Shown here: positions 39,342 through 50,556 of the stretch, piece by piece
Layout of the letters: each line of letters opens with the position of its first letter
Numbering within the stretch: the first letter of the stretch is position 1
Source: Myxococcota bacterium
GTDB taxonomy: Bacteria; Myxococcota; Myxococcia; Myxococcales; Myxococcaceae
Reading direction: 5' to 3'
Assembly (NCBI GenBank): GCA_049322255.1
Contig: JBMORE010000174.1
Coordinates: 1 to 58,642, forward strand
DNA: 58,642 nt
Notes under the pieces: generated by a model
Told to the model about the DNA's origin: nothing
Databases searched by the model: none
The model's input: only the letters and a program-made list of their open reading frames with translations
Made by a program: the position numbers and the translations under genes

Positions 39342-40141
39342 CGGACTTTTGGGGCACGATGGGTTTTCTCATTCCGGTGGCGATCGTAGTGCTGTTCTTC
39401 CTCTCCGGGGTGCGCATCATCAACGAGTACGAGAACGGAGTGGTGTTCCGCCTCGGGCGCTATGTGGGCCTCAAGCGCGCGGGCTTTCGGTGGATCGTCC
39501 CCGTCGTCGAGCGAATCGTGGTGATCGACCTGCGCACGGTGGCGCGCGACGTGCCTCCGCAAGATGTCATCACCCGCGACAACGTGAGCGTGAAGGTGAA
39601 CGCGGTCGTCTACTTTCGCGTGATTCACGCGGACAAGGCGGTGCTCCAGGTGGAGGACTTTCTGTACGCCACCTCGCAGCTGGCGCAGACCACGCTGCGC
39701 GCGATCTGCGGCCAGGTCGAGCTCGACCAGCTGCTCGCCGAGCGCGAGCGCATCAACAAAGAAATTCAGCAGGTGCTCGACGCGCACACCGACCCCTGGG
39801 GCATCAAAGTCTCCAACGTGGAGGTGAAGCACATCGACCTGCCCTCGCAGATGACCAGAGCCATCGCCCGCCAGGCCGAGGCCGAGCGCGAGCGACGCGC
39901 CAAGGTGATCGCCGCCGAGGGCGAGTACCAGGCGGCACAACGGCTGGCCGACGCCGCCGACGTGCTGTCACGAAACCCCTCCACCCTGCAGCTGCGCTAC
40001 TTGCAGACGCTGGTGGAGATCACCTCCAGCGGGAGCCAGACCATCATCCCCATTCCGCTCGAGCTCATTCGGGCCGTCTCCACGGTGGCGCGGGAAGCGG
40101 GGCCGCGTCCCGAGGAGCACGCCTTGCCGCATCCACATTGA
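39338..40141 (+). CDS. Stomatin/slipin (SPFH) protein
   Basis: [23 protein letters not shown] and [17 protein letters not shown] overlap with nfeD. Confidence 0.95.
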   Translation: MTDFWGTMGFLIPVAIVVLFFLSGVRIINEYENGVVFRLGRYVGLKRAGFRWIVPVVERIVVIDLRTVARDVPPQDVITRDNVSVKVNAVVYFRVIHADKAVLQVEDFLYATSQLAQTTLRAICGQVELDQLLAERERINKEIQQVLDAHTDPWGIKVSNVEVKHIDLPSQMTRAIARQAEAERERRAKVIAAEGEYQAAQRLADAADVLSRNPSTLQLRYLQTLVEITSSGSQTIIPIPLELIRAVSTVAREAGPRPEEHALPHPH

Positions 40142-40169
40142 TTGCACCACCAAGCAATTTTCAACTTGA

Positions 40170-42383
40170 ATGGTCGTCATGGCGCGCGTCCTCATCGTTT
40201 CCAACCGCTTGCCGGTCACCGTCAAAGTCAGCGCCGGCGAGGTGCAGGTGGAGCGAAGCTCCGGTGGCCTGGCCACCGGCCTCAAAGGACCTCACGAGAA
40301 GAGCGGCGGGTTGTGGATTGGCTGGCCCGGGTTGACCCAGCCGCTGCCCGAACCGCAAAAAGCCCGGCTCGACCAGCGCTTGGCCGACCTCGAGGTGGTG
40401 CCGGTCTCGCTCAGCCAAAACGAGATGGAGCGTTATTACGAGGGCTTCTCCAATGCCGTCCTCTGGCCGCTCTTTCACTACTTCGTCGGTTCGCTGCCTC
40501 TCGAGGTGAGGGACTTCGACGTCTACCAGCACGTCAACCAGCGCTTCGCCGACGTCGTCGCCTCGCAGTACCGGAGCGGCGACCTCGTCTGGATTCACGA
40601 CTACCAGCTGATGCTGGTGCCCCAGCTGTTGCGCCAGCGGCTGCCCGATGCACGCATCGGGTTCTTCCTGCACATCCCCTTTCCTTCCTCCGAGGTGTTT
40701 CGCTGCCTGCCGTACCGGGAACGCATTCTCGAAGGAATGTTGGGCGCCGACCTCGTCGGCTTTCACACGCCGGCGTACATGCGGCACTTCTCCTCCTCGG
40801 TGCTGCTGACGCTGGGGCAGGCCACCGACGTCGACCGCATTCGCTGGAAACGTCGCACGGTACGGCTGGGCGTCTTCCCCATGGGGGTGGACGCAGCGCA
40901 CCTCGCCCAGGTCGCGCGAGAAGAAGAGGTCTTGCGCCAAGTACGCGAGTTCCGCGACGACACCGACGGCCAGGTGCTGGTGGGCATCGACCGGCTCGAC
41001 TACACCAAGGGCATTCCTCGGCGGCTGCTCGCGTACGAGCACCTCTTGCGCCAGCACCCAGAGCTGCGCGGCAAGGTGCGGTTGGTGCAGGTGGCGGTGC
41101 CCTCTCGCACCAATGTCGGCGCTTACCAGGAGTTCCGCGACCAGGTCGACGCGCTCATCGGCCGCATTCACGGCGAGTTCGCCACGCCCACCTGGGTGCC
41201 GGTGCACTACCTCTTCCGCGCTCTGTCGGAACGCGAAGTGGTGGGCCTCTACCGCGCCGCCGACGTGATGCTGGTCACCCCCATCCGCGACGGGATGAAC
41301 CTGGTGGCCAAGGAGTTCGTCGCCTCGCGCGTGGATGAAGGCGGCGTCTTGGTGCTCTCGGAGCTGGCCGGCGCCGCCACCGAGCTGGCCGAGGCGGTGC
41401 ACGTCAACCCCTACGATGTCACCTCCATGTCCGAGGCGTTTTTTCGGGCGCTGTCGATGTCCACCGAGCAACGCCGCCGCCGCATGCGGGCCCTGCGCCG
41501 CCGCGTGTTCGCCTACGACGTGCACCGCTGGGTGAGCGCCTTCCTGGAACAGCTGGAGCAAGCGGGCAAGCGCGCCGAGCCGCCGTCGCTCGAACCCTCG
41601 CCGCCGTCGGACATCGACGCGGCCCTCTCCCGTCTGCGCCAGGCCGAGAAGCGCCTTCTTTTGCTCGACTACGACGGCACCCTGGTGCCCTTCGCCGACA
41701 CTCCCGACCAGGCGGTGCCCAATGACCAGCTCTTGCAGCTACTCGCCGCGCTCGCCGCCCTACCGCGCACCGAGGTGCACGTGGTGAGCGGCCGCGACCG
41801 CGAAACGCTGGAGGACTGGCTGGGTCATTTGCCGGTGGGCATTCACGCCGAGCACGGCTTCTGGTCGCGGCCACCGGGCCGCTCCGAATGGGTGCAGGCA
41901 CCGGTAGGCTCCACCGAATGGCGACGACCGGCGCTTTCCATCTTGAACGACTGGGCGGCCCGGACCCCCGGCGCCCTGGTAGAGGAGAAGTCCGTCGGGC
42001 TCGCCTGGCACTACCGGCTGGCCGACCCCGAATTCGGCGCCCACCAGGCCAATGAGCTCAAGCTGCACTTGGCCGCGGTGCTTTCCAACTCACCGGTAGA
42101 GATTCTCACCGGAGAGAAAGTCGTCGAGATTCGCCCCCACGGGGTACACAAAGGCCGAATCGTGACGCCCCTGGTGCAGACCACCAGCCCGGGTACCCTC
42201 TTCATGGCGATGGGCGACGACCGCACCGACGAAGATCTCTTCGCTGCCCTTCCCGAAGGTGCGCTCTCGGTGCACATCGGCCCAAAGCCCAGCCGCGCCC
42301 AGCTGCGCCTCGCCGACGTCGATGAGGCGCGGGCCTTCCTCGAAGAGTTACTTCCCTCTCCACCTGGGAGAGGGAAAGGGTGA
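40170..42383 (+). CDS. otsAB: Bifunctional trehalose-6-phosphate synthase/phosphatase (OtsA-OtsB fusion)
   Basis: [35 protein letters not shown], then HAD motifs DYDGTL and GDDRTDED. Confidence 0.95.
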   Translation: MVVMARVLIVSNRLPVTVKVSAGEVQVERSSGGLATGLKGPHEKSGGLWIGWPGLTQPLPEPQKARLDQRLADLEVVPVSLSQNEMERYYEGFSNAVLWPLFHYFVGSLPLEVRDFDVYQHVNQRFADVVASQYRSGDLVWIHDYQLMLVPQLLRQRLPDARIGFFLHIPFPSSEVFRCLPYRERILEGMLGADLVGFHTPAYMRHFSSSVLLTLGQATDVDRIRWKRRTVRLGVFPMGVDAAHLAQVAREEEVLRQVREFRDDTDGQVLVGIDRLDYTKGIPRRLLAYEHLLRQHPELRGKVRLVQVAVPSRTNVGAYQEFRDQVDALIGRIHGEFATPTWVPVHYLFRALSEREVVGLYRAADVMLVTPIRDGMNLVAKEFVASRVDEGGVLVLSELAGAATELAEAVHVNPYDVTSMSEAFFRALSMSTEQRRRRMRALRRRVFAYDVHRWVSAFLEQLEQAGKRAEPPSLEPSPPSDIDAALSRLRQAEKRLLLLDYDGTLVPFADTPDQAVPNDQLLQLLAALAALPRTEVHVVSGRDRETLEDWLGHLPVGIHAEHGFWSRPPGRSEWVQAPVGSTEWRRPALSILNDWAARTPGALVEEKSVGLAWHYRLADPEFGAHQANELKLHLAAVLSNSPVEILTGEKVVEIRPHGVHKGRIVTPLVQTTSPGTLFMAMGDDRTDEDLFAALPEGALSVHIGPKPSRAQLRLADVDEARAFLEELLPSPPGRGKG

Positions 42384-42448
42384 GGGGCGAGAGCTCGGGA
42401 GCACAGTTGCTGGTTCCCTCACCCCTTCCCTCTCCCACGGGGAGAGGG
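42354..42448. repeat. Inverted pair of REP-like elements between convergent genes
   Basis: CCCTCTCCACCTGGGAGAGGGAAAGGGTGAGGGG (42354-42387) and CCCTCACCCCTTCCCTCTCCCACGGGGAGAGGG (42416-42448). Confidence 0.85.
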
Positions 42449-43078
42449 CGCGACGAGCGGTACGAAGCGCACGGCTCCCAAATCTTCACGCACGAAGCGG
42501 CCGTCGGCCCGCCGAGTGATGCGCATCAGAGTCTGCGACTCCGTAGGGCCAATGGGAATGACCAGCCGCCCGCCCTCGGCCAACTGCCAGAGCAGCGGCT
42601 CGGGAATGCGCGGGCCACCGGCGGTGACCGCGATGGCGTCGAAGGGCGCGTGCTCCTTCCAGCCTTCGGTGCCATCCCCCACGCGCAAGTGGACGTTGGT
42701 GAAGCCCAGCTCGGCCAGCGTCTTCGCGGCGCGCGCCGCCAACGTGGGAATGCGCTCGACCGAGTAGACCTCCCCCACCAGCCGCGAGACGACCGCTGCT
42801 GAGTAGCCCGAGCCCGTGCCCACTTCCAGCACCCGCTCTACTGGCCGCAGCTCGAGCGCTTGGGTCATCAACGCGACCACGTAGGGCTGGGAGATGGTTT
42901 GACCTTCGCCGATCGCCAGGGCGCTGTCGTCGTACGCCGCCTCGATGAGCTCCTCGGGGACGAACCGGTGCCTGGGCACCTCGCCGATGGCGCCCAGCAC
43001 ACGCGCATCGCGAATACCGCGCCGCGAAAGCTGCGCCACCAAACGCGCCCTTCGTTGGTCGAAGTACCCCACAACCAC
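42419..43078 (-). CDS. pcm: Protein-L-isoaspartate O-methyltransferase (copy 1)
   Basis: VPRHRF, GQTISQPY, VLEVGTGSGY, GDG..GW..APFD and VRFVPL. Confidence 0.95.
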   Translation of the reverse strand: MVVGYFDQRRARLVAQLSRRGIRDARVLGAIGEVPRHRFVPEELIEAAYDDSALAIGEGQTISQPYVVALMTQALELRPVERVLEVGTGSGYSAAVVSRLVGEVYSVERIPTLAARAAKTLAELGFTNVHLRVGDGTEGWKEHAPFDAIAVTAGGPRIPEPLLWQLAEGGRLVIPIGPTESQTLMRITRRADGRFVREDLGAVRFVPLVAPSPRGRGKG

Positions 43079-43317
43079 ATCCTATGCGCCGCCACGCGTC
43101 GGGCGAGCCAAACGCGCCGTTCATCGCCCGCTGGCTAGATGGTCTGCCAGCCGTTCGCCCCGTGTTCAGCTACGTTGCAGCCCGTGGACCCGACCCTGCG
43201 CAAGGAAGCTCGGCATCTCACCACCTACCTGGGCGTCATCGTGCGCGAGGGAAGCCTGTGGCGGCTTTGCTTCCACGGTGAGCGCATCGCCTTGGGCATG
43301 AAGAGCACGGGTGACCG

Positions 43318-45027
43318 ATGACACACGAGCTGTTGGGACAACTCTTCATCATCGGTGGCGTCTCGGTGCTGGCGGCGATCGTGCTCGGCCGGCTCAAGCT
43401 GCCCATCCTCACCGTGCTCTTGCTCGCGGGCGCCCTGGTGGGGCCGCACGGGCTGGGGCTTTTGGGCGATGCCCGCGGCCTTCAGACCGTGGCCGAGATT
43501 GGCGTGGTGCTCTTGCTCTTCACCATCGGCCTGGAGTTCTCCCTCGCCCGGTTGGGGAGAATCGGCCGGCTGGTGGCGCTCGGCGGCACCTTGCAGATGG
43601 GGCTGACCATTGGAGCGGTGGTGGGGGTCGCGATGAGCCTCGGCTGGTCGATCGAGCGCGGCATCTTCCACGGCTTCTTGGCCGCGCTCTCCAGCACCGC
43701 CATCGTGCTGCGCGCCCTCTCCGAGCGCGGCGAGCTCGACGCCCCCCACGGGCACTTCATCGTGGGGGTGCTGATTCTTCAGGATTTGGCGGTGGTGCCA
43801 ATGATGCTCTTGGTACCCATCCTCGCGGGAGAAGGCGGCGCGGGAGCGCTCGACGCCCTCGTGGCACTGGGAAAGGCGGCGGTGCTGGTAGTGGTCGTCG
43901 TTGGGCTGGCTCGCCTTTTGGTACCTCGCCTGTTCCACTTGGTCGACCGCGCACGCAGCCGAGAGGTGTTCCTCCTTTCGGTGCTGGTGGTGTGCGTGGG
44001 CACCGCGTGGCTGTCGTCCTTGGCCGGGTTGTCGGTGGCGCTGGGCGCCTTCCTCGCCGGGGTGGTGCTCGCAGACACCGACTACGCCCATCGGGCGCTC
44101 GCCGACATCCTCCCCTTACGCGACGTGCTGGCGAGCGTCTTTTTCATGTCCCTGGGCACCCTCTTCGACTTCCGGGTGCTCTACGAGCAGCCAGCGACGG
44201 TGGGCTTCTTGTTCCTCGCACTCTTCGTGGGAAAGGCGGTGATTGCCGCGATCGCCGCGCTGGCGATGGGCCTGCCAGTACGGGTGGCTGTGCTCGCCGG
44301 ACTGGGCCTGGCGCAGTTCGGGGAGTTCGGCTTCGTGCTGGCTCAGCAAGGCCAACCCTTGGGGCTCATCGTCGCCGCCGAGGTGCGCCCCTTGCTCGCC
44401 GCCGCCATCCTCACCATGCTCGTCACCCCGGTGGCGGTGCGCGTCGCTCCGCGCATCGCCTCGACGGCAGGCAGGCTGCGCGCCCTCAACCGACTGTTGG
44501 GCATGCGCGGCATCGAAGAGCCGGCGCCTCAGCATGAGCGCATCAGCGGTCATGTGCTCGTCGTCGGCTTCGGCGTCGCGGGCCAAGAGCTCGCCCATGC
44601 GCTCCGCCGCAGCGGCGTGCCCTACCTGGTGCTCGAGCTCAACGCCGCGACGGTGCGCGCGGCACGAGCGCGGGGAGAGCCTGTCTACTACGCCGACGTC
44701 GGTTCACCCGAGGCGCTGATTCACGCCCGGCTCGCCCAAGCCCGAGCGCTGGTGCTGCTCATCAACGACCCCTACTCGGCCGAGCGGGCGATCGCCGCTG
44801 CACGCCGGCTGTCACCCACCCTGCCCATCTTCATGCGCACCCACTACGTGCGCGACGCCCCCCGCCTGGTCAGGCTGGGCGCCACCGAGGTGATTGTCGA
44901 AGAGATCGAGGCCGGGCTGGCGATGCTGGCACGCGTCTTGAGCCAGCTGGGCACCTCGTCCGAGGAAGCTCGAAAGCAGGAGGCCGACGCACGCGCAGAG
45001 ATGAACCAGCTCTTTCGGGGCTCTTAA
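43318..45027 (+). CDS. CPA2 cation:proton antiporter with TrkA-N (KTN) domain (KefB/KefC-like)
   Basis: AEIGVVLLLF.IGLE, LSSTAIV, LQDL, LGAFLAG, QFGEFGFV and VVGFGVAG. Confidence 0.92.
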   Translation: MTHELLGQLFIIGGVSVLAAIVLGRLKLPILTVLLLAGALVGPHGLGLLGDARGLQTVAEIGVVLLLFTIGLEFSLARLGRIGRLVALGGTLQMGLTIGAVVGVAMSLGWSIERGIFHGFLAALSSTAIVLRALSERGELDAPHGHFIVGVLILQDLAVVPMMLLVPILAGEGGAGALDALVALGKAAVLVVVVVGLARLLVPRLFHLVDRARSREVFLLSVLVVCVGTAWLSSLAGLSVALGAFLAGVVLADTDYAHRALADILPLRDVLASVFFMSLGTLFDFRVLYEQPATVGFLFLALFVGKAVIAAIAALAMGLPVRVAVLAGLGLAQFGEFGFVLAQQGQPLGLIVAAEVRPLLAAAILTMLVTPVAVRVAPRIASTAGRLRALNRLLGMRGIEEPAPQHERISGHVLVVGFGVAGQELAHALRRSGVPYLVLELNAATVRAARARGEPVYYADVGSPEALIHARLAQARALVLLINDPYSAERAIAAARRLSPTLPIFMRTHYVRDAPRLVRLGATEVIVEEIEAGLAMLARVLSQLGTSSEEARKQEADARAEMNQLFRGS

Positions 45028-45067
45028 AGCCAGGCCGCTTCCCCGGCACCGGCGTGCTCTCTTTTCT

Positions 45068-45385
45068 CTACGGCGTCACCGGCCGGCGTTCGCGCAGCTT
45101 GAACATCGCCCACAGGCCGTAGACGCCCAGCACCGTCCCCACCGGGAAGGACAAGAGCGCGAGCACGCTCAAGATGATCACCGGAATTCGCACCCGTACG
45201 TCGTGCGCCCTCAACCGTAGACCCGCCCAGCCGTAGGCGATGAGCCCAGCGACGCTCAAGACCCAGAACCACGGCGAGGGAGCCACCTCGGCCTGCCGCC
45301 ACACCGAGATGATGGCCGCCCCCACCACCTGGGCAATACCCCAGGCAATGAAGAGCGTCCCTAAAGTTCGCTGGTGGTCTCGCAT
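45068..45385 (-). CDS. Small membrane protein
   Basis: GGAGG RBS, 3-4 hydrophobic segments and the motif FPVGT..G.YGLW. Confidence 0.7.
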   Translation of the reverse strand: MRDHQRTLGTLFIAWGIAQVVGAAIISVWRQAEVAPSPWFWVLSVAGLIAYGWAGLRLRAHDVRVRIPVIILSVLALLSFPVGTVLGVYGLWAMFKLRERRPVTP

Positions 45386-45498
45386 CGAACCCCTCCTTGT
45401 TCTTGCCGCGAACCTGTACCCATCGCCCCTCGGCGTCGCCGGACGACAGGAGCGCCGCCCGCCCGCTCGCAGGCTGGGTCGTCAGCACGGAGGGCGCC

Positions 45499-46917
45499 TC
45501 ACCGGTCGTGCGGTAGGCTCCCGCGCAGCGAGCGCAGGTATAAAAACGGCGTGGAGAAGAGCAGGTTGGACACCCGCGAGGTGTACACGTCGGCATAGCG
45601 TTCGACCTGCCGGGCGAGATGGCTCTTGTCGTTCCCCGCGCGCATGAGCGGGCCCCAAGAGAGGTTGCTCAGCTCGGAGGACGCCTGGGCGAGCGGCGCA
45701 ATCTGCGCGTCGAGCACCCCCAGCCGTTCGCGCAGAACGGACTGGCGCGCTTGCAGCTCTTCGTCCGCAGGACCCTCCCGGGGGCCGTATCCAACCTTGC
45801 GCCGCTGCAAAAGTAGCCGCACCTCGCACTGGGCCGCCTCCAGCTCTTCCTTCTCCTTCATCAACGCGGCCAGGCGCAGCTCGGTGGGACGAAAAGCCTC
45901 GACCGCGCGCACCTCGTTCTCCAGCTCGCGCAGAATGAGCGCGGTGCGCCAACGCAAGACGTCCTTGCTCACATGCACGTCACCGAACATGTGGTCGCCT
46001 ACATAGAGAATCTCGTCACCCGACAACCCCAGGTGCTTCTGAAGCGTCGAGGCGCTCCCTCCGACGAAGGCCGTCCCCGGGCGCAGGGTCGCGCTTGCAC
46101 GCAACAGCCCGTCCTCGGTCGCCACCTCGTAGAGCGGGCTGTGGGTGGTGAAGAACTCTGGCTTGCGCGCACTGACGATGACCACGTCGAACAGGGAGCG
46201 CCAGGTAGTGCCGCTGGGCAAGAACCGATCGAAGGCGAAGCTCATCATCGGCATGGTGTAGGCCCAATCGGAGTTGGTGATGAGCAAGAGCTTCTTGCCG
46301 GCGTGTTTCTGATCGAGCAACGCCAGCGCGGTGTCCGACTCCAGCTCGACGTACTTTTCGGGCGCGGCGAGAATTTCGGCCTTGAGCTCCCCTTCGACGT
46401 GAGCGGCGTCGAGCGTCTCGCGTACCAGCTTGTACAGATCGGCGTAACCCAGCACCTCCGGCAGCTTCCGCGCGTCGAGCAGGTCGACCAGCTGCATGTA
46501 CAGACACGCTTCGGAGAGCGAGAAGAGCGTGTTGAGGAACATCCACCTCGGCTCGCGCAGGTCGACCATCACGCGCGTGTACACACGGCGCAGCCGCTCG
46601 TAGTCGAGCACTTGGGTGCCGTGAAACGCCTTCTTCACGAAGCCGAAGCGGTTGGCCTTGAGCACGTTGCCCAGCTCGGTGTCGATGACCAGCCCGCGAA
46701 TCACCAGCGTCGGGTCGAACTGGAGATGCTCAATCGGCCATCCCCGCGCGGCGAGCCGCTGCCGAAGATGGTGGTACGCCCTCCGCTCCCACGCCTCGTG
46801 GCGGTAGTGGATGAGGGTGTAGTCCATGTCGTAGCCCACGGCGCGAATGGCGCGCAGGTTGAGCGTACGGTTGCAGAAGAGACCGCGCTCGGGCGGCGGG
46901 CGCAGCGAGGCGCTCAT
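45499..46917 (-). CDS. HAD-IG family 5'-nucleotidase
   Basis: FCNRTLNL, GYDMDYTL, LITNS, ARKP.FF, YVGDH..GD and YADVYTS. Confidence 0.93.
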   Translation of the reverse strand: MSASLRPPPERGLFCNRTLNLRAIRAVGYDMDYTLIHYRHEAWERRAYHHLRQRLAARGWPIEHLQFDPTLVIRGLVIDTELGNVLKANRFGFVKKAFHGTQVLDYERLRRVYTRVMVDLREPRWMFLNTLFSLSEACLYMQLVDLLDARKLPEVLGYADLYKLVRETLDAAHVEGELKAEILAAPEKYVELESDTALALLDQKHAGKKLLLITNSDWAYTMPMMSFAFDRFLPSGTTWRSLFDVVIVSARKPEFFTTHSPLYEVATEDGLLRASATLRPGTAFVGGSASTLQKHLGLSGDEILYVGDHMFGDVHVSKDVLRWRTALILRELENEVRAVEAFRPTELRLAALMKEKEELEAAQCEVRLLLQRRKVGYGPREGPADEELQARQSVLRERLGVLDAQIAPLAQASSELSNLSWGPLMRAGNDKSHLARQVERYADVYTSRVSNLLFSTPFLYLRSLRGSLPHDR

Positions 46918-46920
46918 CTG

Positions 46921-48090
46921 CTAGGCCGCTTCGAGCAGGGCCGCCGCGCCCATGCCGCCACCGATGCACATGGTGACCACACCGTAGCGGCCCTTGCGCC
47001 GCCGAAGCTCGAAAAGGAGCGTGCCTACCAGACGAGTGCCCGAAACCCCCAGCGGGTGTCCGAGGGCGATGGCGCCACCGTTGGGGTTCACCTTGGCGGG
47101 GTCGAGGGACAGCTCGCGGATGCAGTAGAGCGACTGGCTGGCGAACGCCTCGTTGAGCTCGAAGACGTCGACGTCCTTCACTGACAGTTTGTTGCGCGTC
47201 AAGAGCTTGCGCACCGCCGGCACCGGGCCGATGCCCATCACCTCTGGAGGCACGCCAGCGACGGCGAAGTCGACGAAGTACCCCAAGGGCTTCACCCCCA
47301 GCGCCTTGGCCTTCTCCTCGCTCATCACCACCACCGCTGCAGCACCGTCGGTGAGCGGCGAGGCGTTGCCCGCGGTCACCGTGCCTTGCAGGTTGAACGC
47401 CGGCTTGAGCTTGGCCAGGCCCTCGAGGTTCGTCTCGGGGCGCAGGATGGTGTCCTCGCTCACCGTCACCTCCTTGGCTTGGCCCCGCTCGTCGTACACC
47501 GTCGTCTTCACCGGAATAATTTCTTCCTTGAATTTTCCCTCGGCGCGGGCGGCAGCGGCGCGGCGCTGGCTCTCGAACGCGAACTGGTCTTGCGCCTCAC
47601 GGGAGATCTCGAAGCGGGCGGCGACGTTCTCGGCGGTGGCGCCCATCGAGGTGTAGATCTCCGGGTGCTTCTCCATCAGCTCGGGGTTGGCGCTGACCTT
47701 GTTCCCGCCCATGGGAATCATGGTCATCGACTCGACGCCACCGGCGACCGCCACCTCGATGCGCCCGGCGCGAATGGCGTCGGAAAGCTGTGCGATCGAC
47801 TGCACCCCCGACGCGCAGAAGCGGTTGATGGTCATCGCCGGAACAGTGTCGGGCAAGCCGGCGAGCACCGAGGCAAGCCGCGCCACGTTCATCCCCTGCT
47901 CCGCCTCGGGCATGGCGCAGCCGAGCACCACGTCCTCCACCGCCTTTGGGTCGAGCCCGGGCACGCGGGCGATCGCCTCCCTCACCACCAGCGCGGCGAG
48001 CGTGTCGGGGCGGGTATCCTTGAGCTCCCCCTTGTGGGCCCGGGTGAAGGGGGTGCGAACGGCGCTGGCGATGACGACGCGGCTGGCCAT
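46921..48090 (-). CDS. fadA: Acetyl-CoA C-acyltransferase (thiolase)
   Basis: NRFCASG, NEAFA, GHPLG and MCIGGGMG. Confidence 0.95.
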   Translation of the reverse strand: MASRVVIASAVRTPFTRAHKGELKDTRPDTLAALVVREAIARVPGLDPKAVEDVVLGCAMPEAEQGMNVARLASVLAGLPDTVPAMTINRFCASGVQSIAQLSDAIRAGRIEVAVAGGVESMTMIPMGGNKVSANPELMEKHPEIYTSMGATAENVAARFEISREAQDQFAFESQRRAAAARAEGKFKEEIIPVKTTVYDERGQAKEVTVSEDTILRPETNLEGLAKLKPAFNLQGTVTAGNASPLTDGAAAVVVMSEEKAKALGVKPLGYFVDFAVAGVPPEVMGIGPVPAVRKLLTRNKLSVKDVDVFELNEAFASQSLYCIRELSLDPAKVNPNGGAIALGHPLGVSGTRLVGTLLFELRRRKGRYGVVTMCIGGGMGAAALLEAA

Positions 48091-48126
48091 GGAAATCCTC
48101 CGAAGAAATGAATTAACAGCGAAGCC

Positions 48127-50478
48127 TCAGTTCCGCAGCGGCTTGCCGGTGGTGAGCATGTGGGCGATACGGTCTTGGGTCTTCTCCTCTCCGCACAGGG
48201 AGAGAAAAGCCTCGCGCTCGAGGTCCAGCAGGTGCTGCTCGCTGACCATGGACGACGGCGAGGTGTCGCCCCCGGTGAGCACGCGCGCGAGCTTCTGCCC
48301 GATCTTCCGGTCGTGTTCCGAGATCTGCCGGTTGAGCTGCATGTCGTAGAGCAGCATGTCGATGGTGGCGGCGCCGCTGCGCCCCGGTAGGCGAAACAGG
48401 GTGGGCCGCGGTGGACGGAAGCCGGCGGCTGCCATCCCCAGCACGCGCGCCTTGGCGTCGTGCAGCAGGTGGTCGCGGTTCATCGAGATGCCGTGCTCCC
48501 GGCCGAGAAGCCCCATCTGCGCGGCTTCCTCTGCGCTGGTGGCGACCTGGGCGGTGCCGATGGCGAGAAAGGTCTTCTTGAGGAAGGGCAGAGAGTCGAA
48601 GTCCTTGTCGTCAGCGAAGGGGCCGTAGAGGTTGCGTAAGAGCATCAGGTTTCCGCCGCCGCCGGGAATGAGGCCGACGCCGACCTCCACCAGCCCGATG
48701 TACGTCTCGGCCGAGGCCTGCACTGCGTTGGCGGCCATCGTCGCCTCGGCCCCGCCCCCCAAGGTGAGGCCGAAAGGCGCGCTCACCACCGGGATGGGGC
48801 TGTAGCGCAGCCGCTGGTTGACGTCCTGAAAGCGCTTCACCAACTTGCCCACGCTTTCGAAGTCGTCGCTCTTGATCGCCATCAGGAGCGCCATGATGTT
48901 GGCGCCGGCGGAGAAGTTGCCTCCGTCGTTGCCGATGACGATGCCCAAGAAGCGCTCCTCGGCCACCTCGATTGCCCTCTCCAACATGGAGAGGATGTCG
49001 TCGTCGATCGAGTTCATCTTGGAGTGGAACTCGACCAGGAGCGCGCCCTCGCCCATGTCCCACAGAGAGGCGCTGGAGTTGCCGTCCACCTTCCGGTTTC
49101 CCCGGCGTAGGTGCTCGACGCGCGCCACGCGCGCACCCTCGTCGACGGGCTTCACCTTCTTCGAAGCCAGGTCCCAGTAGGTGTCGTGGGTGCCTTCGAT
49201 GCCGTAGAAGCGCTCGCGGCCCGAGGCGAGCATGCTCTCCACCCAAGGCGCGGGACGAAGCCCCAGCTCCTTCATCCGCGACAGACCCTTCTTCACCCCG
49301 TACGCGTCCCAGAGCTCGAAGGGGCCCAGGTCCCACCCGAAGCCCCAACGCATCGCGCGGTCGACGTTCACGTAGTCGTCGGCGATCTCCGGCAGCCGCC
49401 GGCTGGCGTACGCGAGGGTGTCGAGGGTGACGGCTTCTGCGAACTTGGCCGCCTTGTCCGAGCCGGTGAGCACCGTGGCCACGCGCTCGCGCACGTCCTC
49501 GACGTCTTTCGCCGCGCCAAGCGAGTCGTAGCGAACTTTCTGTTGCGGCCGGTACTCCAGTGAGGCCAAGTCGAGGGCGAAAATCTCTCCCTTTTGTTTC
49601 TTGTAGAAGCCGCCGCCGCTCTTTTCCCCCAAGAGCTTCTTCTCCACCATCTTCTCGAGGAAGGCCGGCGCCTTGAACGTCTCGCGCTCCTCGTCCTGGG
49701 CAAGTGAGTCGTAGCAGTTCTTCGCCACGTGCAAGAACGTGTCGAGCCCCACCAGGTCGGCGGTGCGAAAGACTCCGGACTTGGGGCGACCCATCGCCGG
49801 GCCGAAGATCTTGTCCACTTCCTCGACCGTCAAAGCGTCGGCCTGCATCTGGGCGATGGTGCGCATCATCCCGTACACGCCGATGCGGTTGGCGATGAAG
49901 TTGGTGGTGTCCTTACCGAAGACGATTCCCTTGCCGAGCAGCTCCTCGCCGAAGCGGGCCAGGCGCGCGATGATTTTTGGGTCGGTCTTCGGCCCCGGCA
50001 CCAGCTCGAGCAGCCGCATGTAGCGCACCGGGTTGAAGAAGTGGGTGACCAGGAAACGGCGGCGAAACGCCTCGCTCCGGCCCTCGAGCATTCCGGCGAT
50101 CGACAGCCCCGAGGTGTTCGAGCTGATCACCGCGTGAGGCGCAAGGAGCGGCTCGATCTTGGCAAAGAGGCTCTGCTTCACCTGCAGGTCCTCTTTCACC
50201 ACTTCCACCACCCAGTCGACCTCGCCGATGCGCCGAAGGTCGTCGTCGAAGTTGCCGATCTCGATCAGCTCGGCGGCGCGTGGAGTGAAGAGCGCCGCCG
50301 GCTTGGCCTTCTTGAGATTCTCCACCGCGCTGCGCGCGAAGCGGTTGCGATCGGAGCCGCCTTGGGGGGGCACGATGTCGAGCAGGAGCACCGGGATGCC
50401 CGCATTCGCCAGGTGCGCGGCGATTCCGCTGCCCATCACCCCCGCGCCCAACACCGCGACCTTCCGAATGCGCTGCAT
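48127..50478 (-). CDS. fadN: 3-hydroxyacyl-CoA dehydrogenase/enoyl-CoA hydratase (FadN type)
   Basis: GAGVMG, SNTSG, HFFNPVRY, NFSAGAN, GGG.E, GLVE.GVG..P and TGKPLRN. Confidence 0.93.
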   Translation of the reverse strand: MQRIRKVAVLGAGVMGSGIAAHLANAGIPVLLLDIVPPQGGSDRNRFARSAVENLKKAKPAALFTPRAAELIEIGNFDDDLRRIGEVDWVVEVVKEDLQVKQSLFAKIEPLLAPHAVISSNTSGLSIAGMLEGRSEAFRRRFLVTHFFNPVRYMRLLELVPGPKTDPKIIARLARFGEELLGKGIVFGKDTTNFIANRIGVYGMMRTIAQMQADALTVEEVDKIFGPAMGRPKSGVFRTADLVGLDTFLHVAKNCYDSLAQDEERETFKAPAFLEKMVEKKLLGEKSGGGFYKKQKGEIFALDLASLEYRPQQKVRYDSLGAAKDVEDVRERVATVLTGSDKAAKFAEAVTLDTLAYASRRLPEIADDYVNVDRAMRWGFGWDLGPFELWDAYGVKKGLSRMKELGLRPAPWVESMLASGRERFYGIEGTHDTYWDLASKKVKPVDEGARVARVEHLRRGNRKVDGNSSASLWDMGEGALLVEFHSKMNSIDDDILSMLERAIEVAEERFLGIVIGNDGGNFSAGANIMALLMAIKSDDFESVGKLVKRFQDVNQRLRYSPIPVVSAPFGLTLGGGAEATMAANAVQASAETYIGLVEVGVGLIPGGGGNLMLLRNLYGPFADDKDFDSLPFLKKTFLAIGTAQVATSAEEAAQMGLLGREHGISMNRDHLLHDAKARVLGMAAAGFRPPRPTLFRLPGRSGAATIDMLLYDMQLNRQISEHDRKIGQKLARVLTGGDTSPSSMVSEQHLLDLEREAFLSLCGEEKTQDRIAHMLTTGKPLRN

Positions 50479-50556
50479 GACGACTCCTTCGAAGCGAAAG
50501 TGGAGGCGCCCGTTTACCTCACAGGCAAGCAGCCTTGGGAGCCGAATCGTGAGGCG

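Noticed and set aside
43139..43321. 60-aa ORF overlapping the antiporter start
   Set aside because: No RBS or motif; more likely the divergent promoter region.
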